DNA of 64,000 bases from Mobula hypostoma (Eukaryota). The first letter of the stretch is position 1. Every line of letters begins with the position of its first letter. Below are positions 23,969 through 36,932 of the stretch, piece after piece. The stretch is taken from NCBI RefSeq assembly GCF_963921235.1, contig NC_086097.1:153204001-153268000 (forward strand), read 5' to 3'. The translations under genes and the position numbers were made by a program. The notes under the pieces are model-generated. The model had not been told where the DNA came from, did not search any database, and worked only from the letters and a program-made list of their open reading frames with translations.

Positions 23969-25081
23969 GGCTTCGCAGACACATCTCCCTCATTTCATGA
24001 ACTCTGCTTTCAAATGCATCTCCCCCATTTCATGCGCATCTGCTCTCACTCCATCCTCCCGCCACCCCACTAGGAATAGGATTCCCCTTGTCCTCACCCA
24101 CCACCCCACCAGCCTCCAGGTCCAACATATTATTCTCTGTAACTTCTGCCACCTCCAACGGGATCCCACCACTAAGCACATCTTTCCCTTTTCAGCAAGG
24201 ATCGCTCCCTACGCAACTCCCTTCTCCGTTCGTCCCCCCCATCCCTCCCCACCGATCTCCCTGCTGGCACTTATCCTTGTAAGCAGAACAAGTGCTACAC
24301 ATGCCCTTACACTTCCTCCCTTACCACCATTCAGGGCCCCAGACAGTCCTTCCAGGTGAGGCGACATTTCATCTGTGAGTCGGCTGGGGTGATATACTGC
24401 GTCCGGTGCTCCCGACGTGGCCTTTTATATATTGGCGAGACCCGATGCAGGTTGGGAGGTCATTTCACTGAACACCTACGCTCTGTCCGCCAGAGAAAGC
24501 AGGATCTCCCAGTGGCCACACGTTTTTAATTCCACGTTCCATTCCCATTCTGCTATGTCTATCCACGGCCTCCTCTACTGTAAAGATGAAGCCACACTCA
24601 GGAGGGAGTGGAGGAACAACACCTTATATTCCGTCTGGATAGCCTCCAACCTGATGGCATGAACATTGACTTCTCAAACTTCCGCTAATGCCCCACCTCC
24701 CCTTCGTATCCCATCCGTTATTTATTTATATACACACATTCTTTTTCTCTCTCTCCTTTTTCTCCCTCTGTCGCTCTCACTATACCCCTTGCCCATCCTC
24801 TGGATTTCTCCCCCTCCCCCTTTTCCTTCTCCCTGGGCCTCCTGTCCCATGATCCTCTCATATCCCTTTTGCCAATCACCTGTCCAGCTCTTGGCTCCAT
24901 CCCTCCCCCTCCTGTCTTCTCCTGTCATTTTGGATCTCCCCCTCCCCCTCCCACTTTCAAATCTCTTACTAGCTCTTCTTTCAGTTAGTCCTGATGAAGG
25001 GTCTCGGCCCGAAACATCGACTGTACCTCTTCCTGGAGATGCTGCCTGGCCTGCTGTGTTCACCAGCAACTTTGATGTGTG
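23969..25081 (+). mobile_element. 5'-truncated PLE copy (frameshifted GIY-YIG)
   Basis: Same family as 199-1325; TSD TTGAATGGTAAA at 23957-23968 and 25082-25093. Confidence 0.9.
24986..25023 (+). ncRNA. Minimal hammerhead ribozyme motif (core intact, helix III CpG-mutated, AUC site)
   Basis: TAGTC CTGATGA AGGGTCTCGGCCC GAAAC ATC GACTG. Confidence 0.75.
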
Positions 25082-26302
25082 TTGAATGGTAAATGGCCTT
25101 GATAGAGTGGATGTGGAGAGGACCTTTCCTATGGTGGGAAAGTCTAGGAGCAGAGGACACAGCCTCAGAATAGAGGGACATCATTTTAGTATGGAAATGA
25201 GGAATTCCTTTAGCCAGAGAGTGATGGATCTGTGGAATTCTTTGCCACGGGCAGCTGAGTAGGCCAAGTTTTTATGTATATTTAAGGCAGAAGTTGATAG
25301 AGTCTTGATTGGTCAGGAAATGAAGGGATATGGGGGAAGGCAGGAGATTGGGGCTGAGAGGAAAATTGGATCAGCCATTATGAAATGGTGAAGCAGACGA
25401 TGGATCAAATAGCCTAATTCTGCTCCTGTATCTTATGGTCTTGTGGTCTTAATCCTGCTCCACATATAATGGTTGATCTGGTCTAGGTCTCTTCCCTTCT
25501 TCCACGCCAGCTCCCTTCAGGCTTCAATTTCCCAATGTTTCAAAACTTTATTTCTCTCAGTTTTAGATAACTTCAATGATTCTCCTAGCCTTCACAACCC
25601 TTCAGAGCAGTAAGTTCCAGAGATTCCAGCACATCTGAGTTTTAACTGATGATGCTGTAATCTTGTAACTATTTCCCCTGTTCAATATGCTCCCATAAGT
25701 AAAAACATCTTGACTTCTGTCCATTTAGGATCTTGTATATTTCAGTCAGGTTCTTAACCATTCTTCATTTTTCCATTTCCTGAGTTATTCTAGAGCCACA
25801 CTCACTTCCTGGTACTCTGTTTTTGCCTCTCACTGCCAACTCTTTCCTCCATCCCTTCCATCCCAGTCCCATCCCTCACTGTTGATCTCATGCTAATCCC
25901 AATCTTCACTCTCCATCTCATGCTTAAATCTCTTCTTCCAGCCAAGTCCAGTTTCCTACAGGAGTGGTTCCGAGTATGTCTGGTGAGAAAATGTTTGGAA
26001 AAGAAGAAGTATTTGTTTTTCCATCACAACACCTGTACTTGCCTCTCCTTCATCCCCTACCTACCACAACCCCCCTTCCTCTCCCCTTCCATGAGGCCTG
26101 CATCCATAATCATCTTTAGTGGCCATTTCTCTCCCAGTAATTGATGTCTGTTACAAATGGAGCAGGTCATGTGGAACCAAGCAACTAGACCCTGACCCTA
26201 GCACCATTTTGATGAGTCTCTATGAACTTGTACTTTCAAAAGCCCGTCTTACTGAATTTAAATACAGTCAGGACATTTTAAAACAGTTAGTTAATTTGTA
26301 AA

Positions 26303-26457
26303 CATGAGGAAATCTGCAGATGCTGGAATTTCAAGCAACACACCTAAAATTTGCTGGTGAACGCAGCAAGCCAGGCAGCATCTCTAGGAAGAGGTACAGT
26401 CGACGTTTCGGGTCGAGACCCTTCGTCAGAACTAACTGAAAGAACAGCTAGTAAGAG
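26303..26457 (-). mobile_element. ~155-bp ribozyme-plus-tail-only PLE insertion
   Basis: TSD ATTTGTAAA at 26294-26302 and 26458-26466; contains only the hammerhead and downstream tail. Confidence 0.8.
26397..26434 (-). ncRNA. Minimal hammerhead ribozyme motif (intact core, GUC site)
   Basis: Minus strand reads TAGTT CTGACGA AGGGTCTCGACCC GAAAC GTC GACTG; stem II GGGU/ACCC is fully Watson-Crick. Confidence 0.85.
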
Positions 26458-26610
26458 ATTTGTAAATTGGTTTATTATTGTCACATGTATGAGGGACATC
26501 TACCTGAAAATATGACTGTTCATTTCCCTCCACAGATGCTGCCTGACCCATTGAGTTCTTCCAGCACTTTTTTTTTTGTTTCAGATTCCTGCATCTGCAC
26601 TCTCTTGTGT

Positions 26611-27204
26611 TTCCAGCCAAGATGGTGCTGAGCGGCAGTCTCTGTCAAGGTTGTGTCTCAGACTTGGCTTTTATAAAAAGATTTTTAGGGATGGTTATGG
26701 GGACAGAGAGGTGAGTTAAGGTTTAACTTAAGGTTAAGGAATAGGGTTGAAGAGCTGTTAATGGTACAACAGGAGTGTTGAACTTCACTCCACGCTTGAA
26801 GTCCAGCAAGACAGACATGTGACGAAGTACATCTGCGGTAGGATATTGGGCTAGCAGAGCAGCTAGGATGGGGACTAGATCTCCCACCACCTCCCCCGCC
26901 CCGTTCCATCACACTAGGTCAGAGACTGGAGATGGCCCGACCTGGGGTTGGAATACTCTAACTGAGTGGATGGGAGGGAGGGAGGAACGAGTTTTGTCTT
27001 GTTGTTGTTGTTTTGTTGCTTACTGTGTTCTGTGTTGTTCTACCGAGCATTGTGGCCATGCTATGTTGACACTGGAATGTGTGGTGTAGCTTGCATACTT
27101 CCCCCAGCCCAGCATATCCTGAGGCTGTGTTGACTGGTTAACACTAACGATGCAATTCACCATATGTTTCAATGTACATGTGAGAAATAAATGAATCTAA
27201 ATCT
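26611..27204 (+). mobile_element. Non-autonomous element with CAAGATGG head and Rex1-like tail
   Basis: CCAAGATGGTG at 26617; T/G-rich 3' part ending GTACATGTGAGAAATAAATGAATCTAAATCT. Confidence 0.45.
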
Positions 27205-28790
27205 ATTGTACAGAGAGCCAATGCATCTCTACAGAATAGATGACTTTATCACTGACTTCAGATTGTATCAACTTCTGAAGTTAGTAGGTACTTATGATAC
27301 CTTGTACCTGAAGCTGTATCTTGCTGTGAAATGTAAACCACTCATTCTCCAGGCAAACGGATAGAAAAAAACACTGCTGACCTTGAGACCATACGACATA
27401 GGAACAGAAGTCAAGGATTTCTGCAGAACTGAAGAGAAGATGGTCATGTTTTCTTTTCCTTAGAATCAGCTATTTTGAGTTTTTAAGTTGCACTTCAGTT
27501 TGTTTTGAAAGGACCCCTCAATGCCATTGCCTACCCTGCATCCATATCTTGAGGAGATCAGCCTAGGGCACATGAAACTAAACCATGTTTTGCTCACACG
27601 AATGCAGCTGTCACTTGTGGTAGGTTGAGTGGCAAAGCAGCTTCTTACTAAACAGGGTTTCAAGATGACAGCCTGCAAGATTCAATCAACTGATGATTAT
27701 GCAAGTCTTTTAAAGAAACTGCTGCTACTAAGATTGGCACCAGTTTATGAAATCCCACAATGTTAAATGCCAGACAGTGTCATTGATGCCATTTGAGTGT
27801 TACATGATTCATACACGGTCTCTTGCTTAAATGTGCCATATTCTAATGGCTTCTTACAGCCACTTTGGATTCTGAGACTTGCTTTCATTTAAGTCAACGG
27901 AACTGAATTTTGGAAGTAGATTTCAATGCATTTGTACATCTGAGTTTTGTGCATGTGATCAAGGTGTTACATGTCCCTGTCGTTCAGAACGAGGTTTTTT
28001 GGGCCATCAAATTAATGTCTGCTTTCATTGCAGTCTGATCAATCCCATTCCCCTACTCAGTTTACTGTAATTTATTCTCTTACAGCCTATCATTAACATC
28101 ATGGGCAATTCTACCATCCAACTGCACAAGGGATCATTTGACATGAAACAATTCACCTGAGAATAGCAGGGATCAAAGGAGAAACCAGGGCACTTGAAGG
28201 AAACTCCAGTGGACATTGTTAACAAGCCTGGGTTGATAGAGCTGTGATTCAGCTGCAGTACCTGCACCACCATCTCTTTTACATCAAATATTCCATCCTA
28301 ACCATCTACTGCTCAATGGCATTATGTTAATACCTGCAGTAGCGAATTCCAGATAAATAACTTACATTAAATTGACTCACTATTTTTGTTTCTGGGGACT
28401 AGGTAATTGGGACCCAATACAGACTTGGAGTTAAAAATAGGAAGCCAAGAAGAGAATGAGGAGGCAACTGAGGGGTAAGGGTCATTAAGATCTTTAGAGA
28501 AGAAAGCAGAATTGCTAAGCTAAGGCTCATGCTCACAGAATGCAGTGGGATAACAAAAATTTAGCATTCATTCTTGGATCATAGCAGCATCATTCAAAGT
28601 TCAAAGTAAAGTTAACACTGAAGTACACATGTCATTTTCTCCTAGGTATACCCAATAAATCTATTATAGAATAATAAGCATAATAGAATTAATGAAAGAC
28701 CGCACCGACTTGGGCATTCAACCAGTGTGCAAAAGACAACAAACTGTGCAAATACAAAAAGAGAGGAATAATAAACAAATAAGTAATGAA

Positions 28791-30352
28791 GATCCTAGAG
28801 TGCTTAAAGAAGTAGCCCAAGAAATAGTGGATGCATTAGTGATAATTTTTCAAAACTCGTTAGATTCTGGACTAGTTCCTGAGGATGGAGGGTGGCTAAT
28901 GTAACCCCACTTTTTAAAAAAGGAGGGAGAGAGAAACCGGGGAATTATAGACCGGTTAGCCTAATGTCGATGGTGGGGAAACTGCTGGAGTCAGTTATCA
29001 AGGATGTGATAACAGCACATTTGGAAAGCGGTGAAATGATCGGACAAAGTCAGCATGGATTTGTGAAAGGAAAATCATGTCTGACGAATCTCATAGAATT
29101 TTTTGAGGATGTAACTAGTAGAGTGGATAGGGGAGAACCAGTGGATGTGGTATATTTGGATTTTCAAAAGGCTTTTGACAAGGTCCCACACAGGAGATTA
29201 GTGTGCAAACTTAAAGCACACGGTATTGGGGGTAAGGTATTGGTGTGGGTGGAGAATTGGTTAGCAGACAGGAAGCAAAGAGTGGGAATAAACGGGACCT
29301 TTTCAGAATGGCAGGCGGTGACTAGTGGGGTACCGCAAGGCTCAGTGCTGGGACCCCAGTTGTTTACAATATATATTAATGACTTGGATGAGGGAATTAA
29401 ATGCAGCATCTCCAAGTTTGCGGATGACACGAAGCTGGGTGGCAGTGTTAGCAGTGAGGAGGATGCTAAGAGGATGCAGGGTGACTTGGATAGGTTGGGT
29501 GAGTGGGCAAATTCATGGCAGATGCAATTTAATGTGGATAAATGTGAAGTTATCCACTTTGGTGGCAAAAATAGGAAAACAGATTATTATCTGAATGGTG
29601 GCCGATTAGGAAAAGGGGAGGTGCAACGAGACCTGGGTGTCATTATACACCAGTCATTGAAAGTGGGCATGCAGGTACAGCAGGCGGTGAAAAAGGCGAA
29701 TGGTATGCTGGCATTTATAGCGAGAGGATTCGAGTACAGGAGCAGGGAGGTACTACTGCAGGTGTACAAGGCCTTGGTGAGACCACACCTGGAGTATTGT
29801 GTGCAGTTTTGGTCCCCTAATCTGAGGAAAGACATCTTTGCCATAGAGGGAGTACAAAGAAGGTTCACCAGATTGATTCCTGGGATGGCGGGACTTTCAT
29901 ATGAAGAAAGACTGGATGAATTGGGCTTGTACTCGTTGGAATTTAGAAGATTGAGGGGGGATCTGATTGAAACGTATAAGATCCTAAAGGGATTGGACAG
30001 GCTAGATGCAGGAAGATTGTTCCCGATGTTGGGGAAGTCCAGAACGAGGGGTCACAGTTTGAGGATAGAGGGGAAGCCTTTTAGGACCGAGATTAGGAAA
30101 AACTTCTTCACACAGAGAGTGGTAAATCTGTGGAATTCTCTGCCACAGGAAACTGTTGAGGCCAGTTCATTGGCTATATTTAAGAGGGAGTTAGATATGG
30201 CCCTTGTGGCTACGGGGGTCAGGGGGTATGGAGGGAAGGCTGGGGTGGGGTTCTGAGTTGGATGATCAGCCATGATCATAATAAATGGCTGTGCAGGCTC
30301 GAAGGGCCAAATAGCCTACTCCTGCACCTATTTTCTATGTTTCTATGTTTCT
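28791..30352 (+). mobile_element. Young 5'-truncated CR1 LINE
   Basis: (TTTCTATG)3 tail; TSD ATGAA at 28786-28790 and 30353-30357. Confidence 0.95.
28892..30256 (+). CDS. CR1 reverse transcriptase domain and C-terminus (454 aa uninterrupted, no endonuclease, no true start)
   Basis: NYRPVSL, QHGF, YLDFQKAFDKVPH, GVPQGSVLGP, KFADDTK, LVRPHLEYCVQFWSP. Confidence 0.9.
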   Translation: MANVTPLFKKGGREKPGNYRPVSLMSMVGKLLESVIKDVITAHLESGEMIGQSQHGFVKGKSCLTNLIEFFEDVTSRVDRGEPVDVVYLDFQKAFDKVPHRRLVCKLKAHGIGGKVLVWVENWLADRKQRVGINGTFSEWQAVTSGVPQGSVLGPQLFTIYINDLDEGIKCSISKFADDTKLGGSVSSEEDAKRMQGDLDRLGEWANSWQMQFNVDKCEVIHFGGKNRKTDYYLNGGRLGKGEVQRDLGVIIHQSLKVGMQVQQAVKKANGMLAFIARGFEYRSREVLLQVYKALVRPHLEYCVQFWSPNLRKDIFAIEGVQRRFTRLIPGMAGLSYEERLDELGLYSLEFRRLRGDLIETYKILKGLDRLDAGRLFPMLGKSRTRGHSLRIEGKPFRTEIRKNFFTQRVVNLWNSLPQETVEASSLAIFKRELDMALVATGVRGYGGKAGVGF

Positions 30353-31542
30353 ATGAATATCGAGAACATGAGATGAAGAGTCCTTGAAAGTGAGTCCATT
30401 GGTTGTGGAATCATTTCAATGGTGAGGCAAGGGAAGTTATCCCTTTTGTTCAAGAGCCTGTTAGCTGAGGGGTAATAACAATTCCTGAACCTGCTGGTGT
30501 AAGTCCTGAGGCACCTGTACCTCCTTCCTGATGGCTGCAGTGAGAAGAGTGCGTGTCCTGGGTGGTAGGGGTCCCTGATGATGGATGTTGCTTTCCTGTG
30601 GCAAGGTTTTGTGTAAGTATGCTCAATGGTGGGGACAGCTTTACTTGTTATGGACTGGGCTGTACCCATTACTTTTTGTAGGATTTTCCATTCAAGGGTA
30701 TTAGTGTTTCCATACCAGACCATGTTATAGCCAGTCAATATACTCTCCACCACACATTTATAGGAGTTTGTCAAAATTATAGATGTCATGCAGAATCTTT
30801 GCAAACTCCTAAGGAATTAGGGGCACAACCATGCTTTCTTTGTAAATGCTCTTACATGCTGGGTCCAGGATAGGTCTCTGAAATAATAACAACGAAGAAT
30901 TTACAGTTGCTGACTCTCTGCACCTCTGATCCTCCAATGAGCTCTGCTCATGGACCTCTGGTTTCTTCCCCCTGAAGTCAATAATCAGTTCCCGGTCTTG
31001 CTGACCTTGAATAAGAGGTTGTTATTGTGGCACCACTCAGCCAGATTTTCAATCTCCCTCCTAGATGCTGATTCATCACCACCTTTGGTTTGGCATATGA
31101 CAGTAGTGTTGTCAGCAAACTTGAATATAGCATTGGCAGGTGAGTTGTAAGGTTCTAAAGGTTGAACACATGCTCAGTTCATCTCATCTCTTTGGATCCA
31201 AGTTATCTGACTCTGGAGGTGCAGGCGGGTTTTAAGGACCCGCAAGGCAGTTGAGGATCCTGAAATACAGTCATACAGAATGAAAACAGGTCCTGAGTTC
31301 CACCAAGTTCACTCTGACCATTATTTTATATGAATCATGCAAAATCCTCTTTCTTATTCTGCATGTATTCCCATCAGTTTCTATCATACTTACACTGCTG
31401 TACGCTAGGGACTATTTACTTTCCAACTTTTACATATCTGACATGAAGAAGAAACCAGAGAAACTGAAAGAAATCCAAGTAGTCATGGGAAAAACATGCA
31501 AAGTCCACAGAGACAGTACTGGAGGTTATGATTGAACCCAGA

Positions 31543-32182
31543 CTCAGGTTGACTCTGTGGTTAAGAAGGCATTCATTAATCATGGAATTGAATTTAGGAG
31601 CCGAGAGGTAATGTTGCAGCTATATAGGACCCTGGTTAGACCTCACTTGGATTGCTGTGCTCAGTTCTGGTCTCTTCACTACAGGAAGGATGTGGAAGCC
31701 ATAGAAAGAGGAGATTTACAAGGATGTTGCCTGGATTGGGGAGCATGCCTTATGAAAGCAGGTTGAGTGAACTCGGCCTTTTCTCCTTGGAGCGATGGAG
31801 GATGAGAGGTGACCTGATAGATGTGTATAAGATGATGAGAGGCTTTGATCGTGTGGATAGTCAGAAGCTTTTTCCCAGGGCTGAAATTGTTGCCACAAGA
31901 GGACACAGGTTTAAGGTGCTGGGGAGTAGGTACAGAGGAGATGTCAGGGGTAAGTTTTTTACTCAGAGAGTGGTGAGTGCGTGGAATGGGCTGCTGGCAA
32001 CAGTGGTGGAGGCGGGTATGATAGGGTCTTTTAAGAGACTTTTGGATAGGTACATGGAGCTTAGAAAAATAGAGGGCTATGGGTAACCCTAGTAATTTCT
32101 AAAGTAGGGACATGTTCGGCACAACTTTGTGGGCCGAAGGGCCTGTATTGTGCTGTCGGTTTTCTATGTTTCCATTATGTTT
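31543..32182 (+). mobile_element. CR1 3' fragment inserted in a minus-strand HE1-like SINE (~31265-32230)
   Basis: ORFs 31557-32086 show CR1 C-terminal motifs; the SINE sequence GATTGAACCCAGA|TCATTGGATCTGTGAGGCAGC is split with a CAGA duplication. Confidence 0.85.
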
Positions 32183-33676
32183 CAGATCATTGGATCTGTG
32201 AGGCAGCAGCTGTTCTCTTTATGCTACTCTTTTCCTCATTACTAGGTAAAGTTTTATCAATCAAAAAATTGCAGATGCTGCAAATCTGAAATGGAAAGAG
32301 AAAATCTTTGTAATACTCAGTAGATCAGGCAGTGTCAATGGAAAGTTCAAATACAGTTAGCATTGCAAATCAAAGACATCTCATCAAAGTTTGCAAGCAG
32401 AAGTTTCCATTAAACTAAATGAGAAGTGATCAAAGTGGGGTTGAGATGTTTTCAAGACACAGTCAGGGTGTGTGATTCGAAGAAAGGTCAGAGTGGAGGA
32501 GCTTTGGAGCCAGTCCATCTAAACCAAGAGTGAGATCTGATTGAACTAAATGCAGGACCAATTTGGAAAGATCAGGTACAGGCCAGAACGTGACGTTCAG
32601 GGCCAGAGCACATCAAAGTGTGAGGAACGACCCAGTGTTTGACAATTTAAATGTCAGGCTGGATGGATTGAAAAGGCAGGGTGTTGGGACTGGAGGCAAG
32701 TGTTGGGCCGGTTCTGCTCGCTGGTCAGTTACATTTACTCTGCTCTCCGCGGCACTGAGGCTGAGGCTGTCTGCCTGCTTCAGCTACTCCGAGCCTCATG
32801 CCTGCAAGTTGCGCGACAACTTGCTCTGCTGTGTGCTGAACTGAGGCTGAAGCTGTAAGTCTGCTCCGGCTGCCCCGGGCTTGATGTCTACTTTTATTCT
32901 GAGTGCTGTTGCTTGCTTTTATTGTTTGGGTTTCTTGTTTTGTGGCTGCCTGTAAACAGATGAATCTCCAAGTTGAATAATTTATACATGCTTTGATAAC
33001 AAATATACTTTGAACTTTGAATTTGATTATCTCTGTCAGAAAAGGAATTAGTAATCTGTTAAATACTGTATGAAGCTTACACTTCCTGATTTTCACTGAA
33101 AGGAAAGCTCTGAGGATGCTGCCAATGCCTTTGGTGACTGGGTACAATTTTTGTACGGTAAACTGGTTACCCTACACTTAAGCATGCTGAATTGCTAGTA
33201 ACCACCCACATGGAAAAAGCACTTTAATTGCCTAATCAAATAGTGATTAAAGAGTTCTGAAGATCAGGCAGACCAGCTATGAACTAATAGCAGATATCAC
33301 ACCCACAGTAAGTCTACATCTAAGTGATCACCCAGCAGAGAATCTAAACTAATTTAGTGAAAATTAATAACCTTTCAGTTTAACAATGCTGTATGGCAAA
33401 ATGATCAATGATTCTCCCTGTAGCTGAGGATAAGTTAGAAATAAGCTTCAAATTGGTATAAATAATGTCCCCTGAATATCTTCAACAAGAATGTGTTAAT
33501 GTGTGAAATAGCACAATTTCAACATGTTCCATTACCTTTAGTAAGAAGTAGACAAATGATTTGTGACTTTTATCTAGTTAATGCCAGTATAAGGGAATGA
33601 ACAGAAGATCATCCATCACTTTATCTTTCTTGATGAGCTTCTTGGTGAGACGACTGTTGTTCAAGAACACCTAGAT

Positions 33677-33754
33677 CAGGGGTTCCAATCTAGGATCCAC
33701 AGAACCCTTGTCTAATGATACTGCTACAAGGCATAAAAAGGTTGGGAACCTCTG
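33677..33754. mobile_element. hAT (Charlie/MER5-like) MITE
   Basis: TIRs CAGGGGTTCCAATCT / AGGTTGGGAACCTCTG; 8-bp TSD ACCTAGAT/CCCTAGAT. Confidence 0.8.
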
Positions 33755-33969
33755 CCCTAGATGCTTGAATGCAAGTGAATAGATTTGTATTTGGTTTCCA
33801 TCATTATTTTAGTTTAAAGTGTTCTTGAACATCACGTCGCAAGCTGAAGCATCCATCTTCCCTTCATTGGATACTTGCCACCAACGACAGGAGAAAGGTT
33901 TGATACAAATGATGGTATTCCCATTACATCCAGTTCCTGCATCTCGTCTTCTTCCATGTGATAGGAAAG

Positions 33970-34300
33970 CTCATAGAGTTAGAGACATACAACACACTCA
34001 CAGGCCGTTTGGTCCACAATGTTAATCATACATTAATTCTACCTTATTCTCTCATCAAGGCACATTAACTCTCCCTACATTCTACAACACACCTATACAC
34101 TAGGGCCAATTTACAGTGGCCAAATACCGAACCAACTCACACACCTTTGGGATGTGGAAGGAAAACTTAATTTCCATCTGGAAGAAATCCACACCATCGC
34201 AGAAAGTTCAAACTCGATGCAGAGTGCATTCAATATCAGTATTGAACCCACATCTACGACTCTGTGAGGCAGCAGCTCTATTACTTGCACCAATGTGCTG
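33970..34300 (-). mobile_element. HE1-like tRNA SINE, decayed
   Basis: On the + strand: CACCTTTGGGATGTGGAAGGAAAAC, ATTGAACCC (antisense B box), CTGTGAGGCAGCAGCTCTA. Confidence 0.6.
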
Positions 34301-35486
34301 TCCTGGATCTGGGCCCAAAGCCTCAATGAAGAAGGTATTTTCATTTAAAAATGTTGAGTCTTGCAGTGCTATCTCACCGGGGATCTAGTGTCAATCTCCG
34401 CACATTTATATGCAAGCAAAATTAGCTATAAGGAGAGGTCGGACAAACTTGGACAGCTTTCTCTGGAACATTGAAGGGTGAGAGGTAGCTGGATAGGAGC
34501 ATATAGAATTTCAAGAAGCATAGATATGGTAGATAGTCCTGTTCCTGGAATGCAGATACTTCAGGGCATAGATTAAAGGTAGCAGCAAGAAACTTCAAAA
34601 GGTGACTAATGAGGCAAGTCTTTTACACATAGAGTGAAAGGTGCCTACATCATATTGCCAGAGGGAAAGCTGGAAGCAGATATGATAGCAATGCTTATGA
34701 AGTATTTAGACAGACATTGGGAAGCAGGTTGGATTCGTGTGGATTGGCATCATGGTCAACACACAATGTTTGTGCTGACCATGATTTCAATTCCAACTAA
34801 TCCCATCTGCTATTCCTGTGCTGCATTGACCTATGTACTGGAATATTATATAGTATCTTTTAAAGGGTGGAGTGCACTAGACATTTTCCTAAGAACTAAT
34901 TTTTATTTCTCTTTGTCCCAGCTACCTAGACAGATATTCCCCTTCCCAAACTGGGACTAGCGATACATTTTCAGGCCAATAACCAAATTTTAGTTCCAGT
35001 GAAGGACAGGTGATGTTGCTGAATTTTCAGAGGAACCGTTCTTAGGGAGAGATGTTCATAAAGGCCCCAGGAAAGAAGAAATATGACTGGACTTTTTAGA
35101 TACTCAAAGAAACACAGAACAGGCACAAAATAGACACACAACAGGAACTGCCAGAATTAAGTGAACATCAATACCATTGATTTTATAAACCAATAATATA
35201 ATCCTACTAGTTTTTTAAAATTAAAATTAGCTTGTTGTTAGAATGAGTTCCCTCTGATGTATGAACAATCACACAATGAACAAAGCTCTAACAAGAGAAT
35301 TCAGCAGGACTCTGATTGTTATATGGTGACTTTAACCTTTAATGATGGGGAAACATTGAATTAACCATCCATTCGGTGTCTCACCTAGTTTTCATTTTCA
35401 AGTTCAATTTTGAATTGTTTTGGTATATTTTCTTGAAATTCAGATTTTTTAATCAGATGCAAAAGCTCAAAGCTCTATAATTTAAC

Positions 35487-35960
35487 TATGTTCAAAGTTC
35501 AAATTCAAAGTAAATTTATTATCAAAGTAAATACGTACGTATATGTCACCATATACTACTGTGAGATTCATTTTCTTGCATATATTCCCAGTAGAGCAAA
35601 CGAATAGTATAGAGTCAATGAAAAACTGTACGCAAAGATTGGCAAACAACCACTGTGCAAACAAAGACAATTTGTGCAAATACAAAAAAAGAAAAAGAGA
35701 GTAAGAAAGACTCCACATACTTTGTAGAGACCTTCAAAGTGTTAATCCATTGGTTGTGGAATCAGTTCAGAGTTGAGGTGAGTGAAGTTATCCATGATGG
35801 TTCAGGAGGCTGATGATTGATGGTTCCTGAATCTGGTGATGTGGCTCCTATACCTCCTTCCCTATGGTATCATTGAGAAGAGAGCATGGCCTGGATGGTG
35901 GGTGTCCTTGATAATGGATCCTTGATGTGGTAGTGCTCTTTGTATACATTTCTAGGTGGG
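35487..35960 (-). mobile_element. Rex1/Babar 3' fragment
   Basis: GTTCAAAGTTCAAATTCAAAGTAAATTTATT tail and similarity to 30360-30620. Confidence 0.65.
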
Positions 35961-36896
35961 GATAGGCATTGGTGGTGAAAGGCAGAAGGAGGAGAGGCAT
36001 CTGGTGAAGGTTAGACCAAGATGGATGGGTGTGCCTCCCAGGGGCATTGGTACAAGGACCACTGTAAAAATGAAGGTTTCAAGATATAGAATGAGGAGAT
36101 GGAAACAATGTATAGATAATATAAACATATCATCAATTTTCTGCCATATTTTGGCATTTGAGCACTTCTTAAATTGCATCCGCAGTAGAGCATCAAATCA
36201 CTAAGTCCTATTACATCACTTTAGTGTTGCAAGCTGTTTCTCCCTCCTGTCAATGGACTTTCATAAATCTATCCATGTCCTTACAGACCCCAGCACTTTA
36301 GCTTGGAGACATAGAGCTGAGGAGGAAATTTAGCTGTTTTGACCTCTGATCTTGCATTTCATTTCCTTTGGCTTCTAACTTCAAGATTGTTCAATCCGGA
36401 GAAAGCATATAAATACTTGAGCATGAATTGCTTCATGTCTTATTGTCTTTACTGCTTATATCTATTAGTTGGATAACCTGGGAACATATTAAGTGGTCAG
36501 TTAAAGACACATTACATTCTCTTTGAGGTTTCTCGTGCATACTGGATCTCCATCCACCCAACTACACATCTATGGCATTTGCAACCAAAATTAACCTCCA
36601 GCCCTTAAACTTAGCTGCTATTTAAAGGTGTATTTAGCAATCAGCTTTGAATTATGGAAGTATTAGTCATGATAAATTCAATAAAGTTTTTAATAATGTT
36701 GTTCAGAAAGGTTAATTTTACAGTTTATGGAAATGCAGTGATGGCATTTGTTATTGTACATGTTGGTTCAGAAGGAAATAGTAATTTATTACTAAAAAAT
36801 TAGCATGTGGTATAAAAGAAAACGGAACACTAAGAAGAGCAATAAAATAGAAAATGTACTCAAAAGCCATATTGCATCCATAGAGAGAGAAATTGA

Positions 36897-36932
36897 TTTA
36901 ACATTTCAAATCTATCAACTTTCATCAGAACA
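36897..36932 (-). ncRNA. Divergent hammerhead-like motif in an old PLE tail
   Basis: Minus strand reads GTT CTGATGA AAGTTGATAGATTT GAAAT GTT; stem II AAGUU/GAUUU, stem I weak; followed by a CTATGGATGC tail. Confidence 0.45.

Larger units (their letters stand above)
23240..25450 (+). mobile_element. Decayed CR1 RT and 3' end, split by a PLE
   Basis: KFAD motif near 23425, YKALVKPRLEYWEQFW, CR1 3' UTR with TCTTATGG tail near 25430-25450. Confidence 0.8.
28595..31136 (-). mobile_element. Rex1/Babar LINE 3' portion, split by a young CR1
   Basis: ORF 30343-30804: VESILTG..VWYGN...IIRDPYHPGHALFSLQPSGRRYR..RFRNCYYPSANRLLN; ACTTTGAACTTTGAA tail. Confidence 0.85.

Noticed and set aside
29164..30279. 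Antisense ORFs over the CR1 RT
   Set aside because: Shadow frames of the sense RT ORF, seen in each CR1 copy
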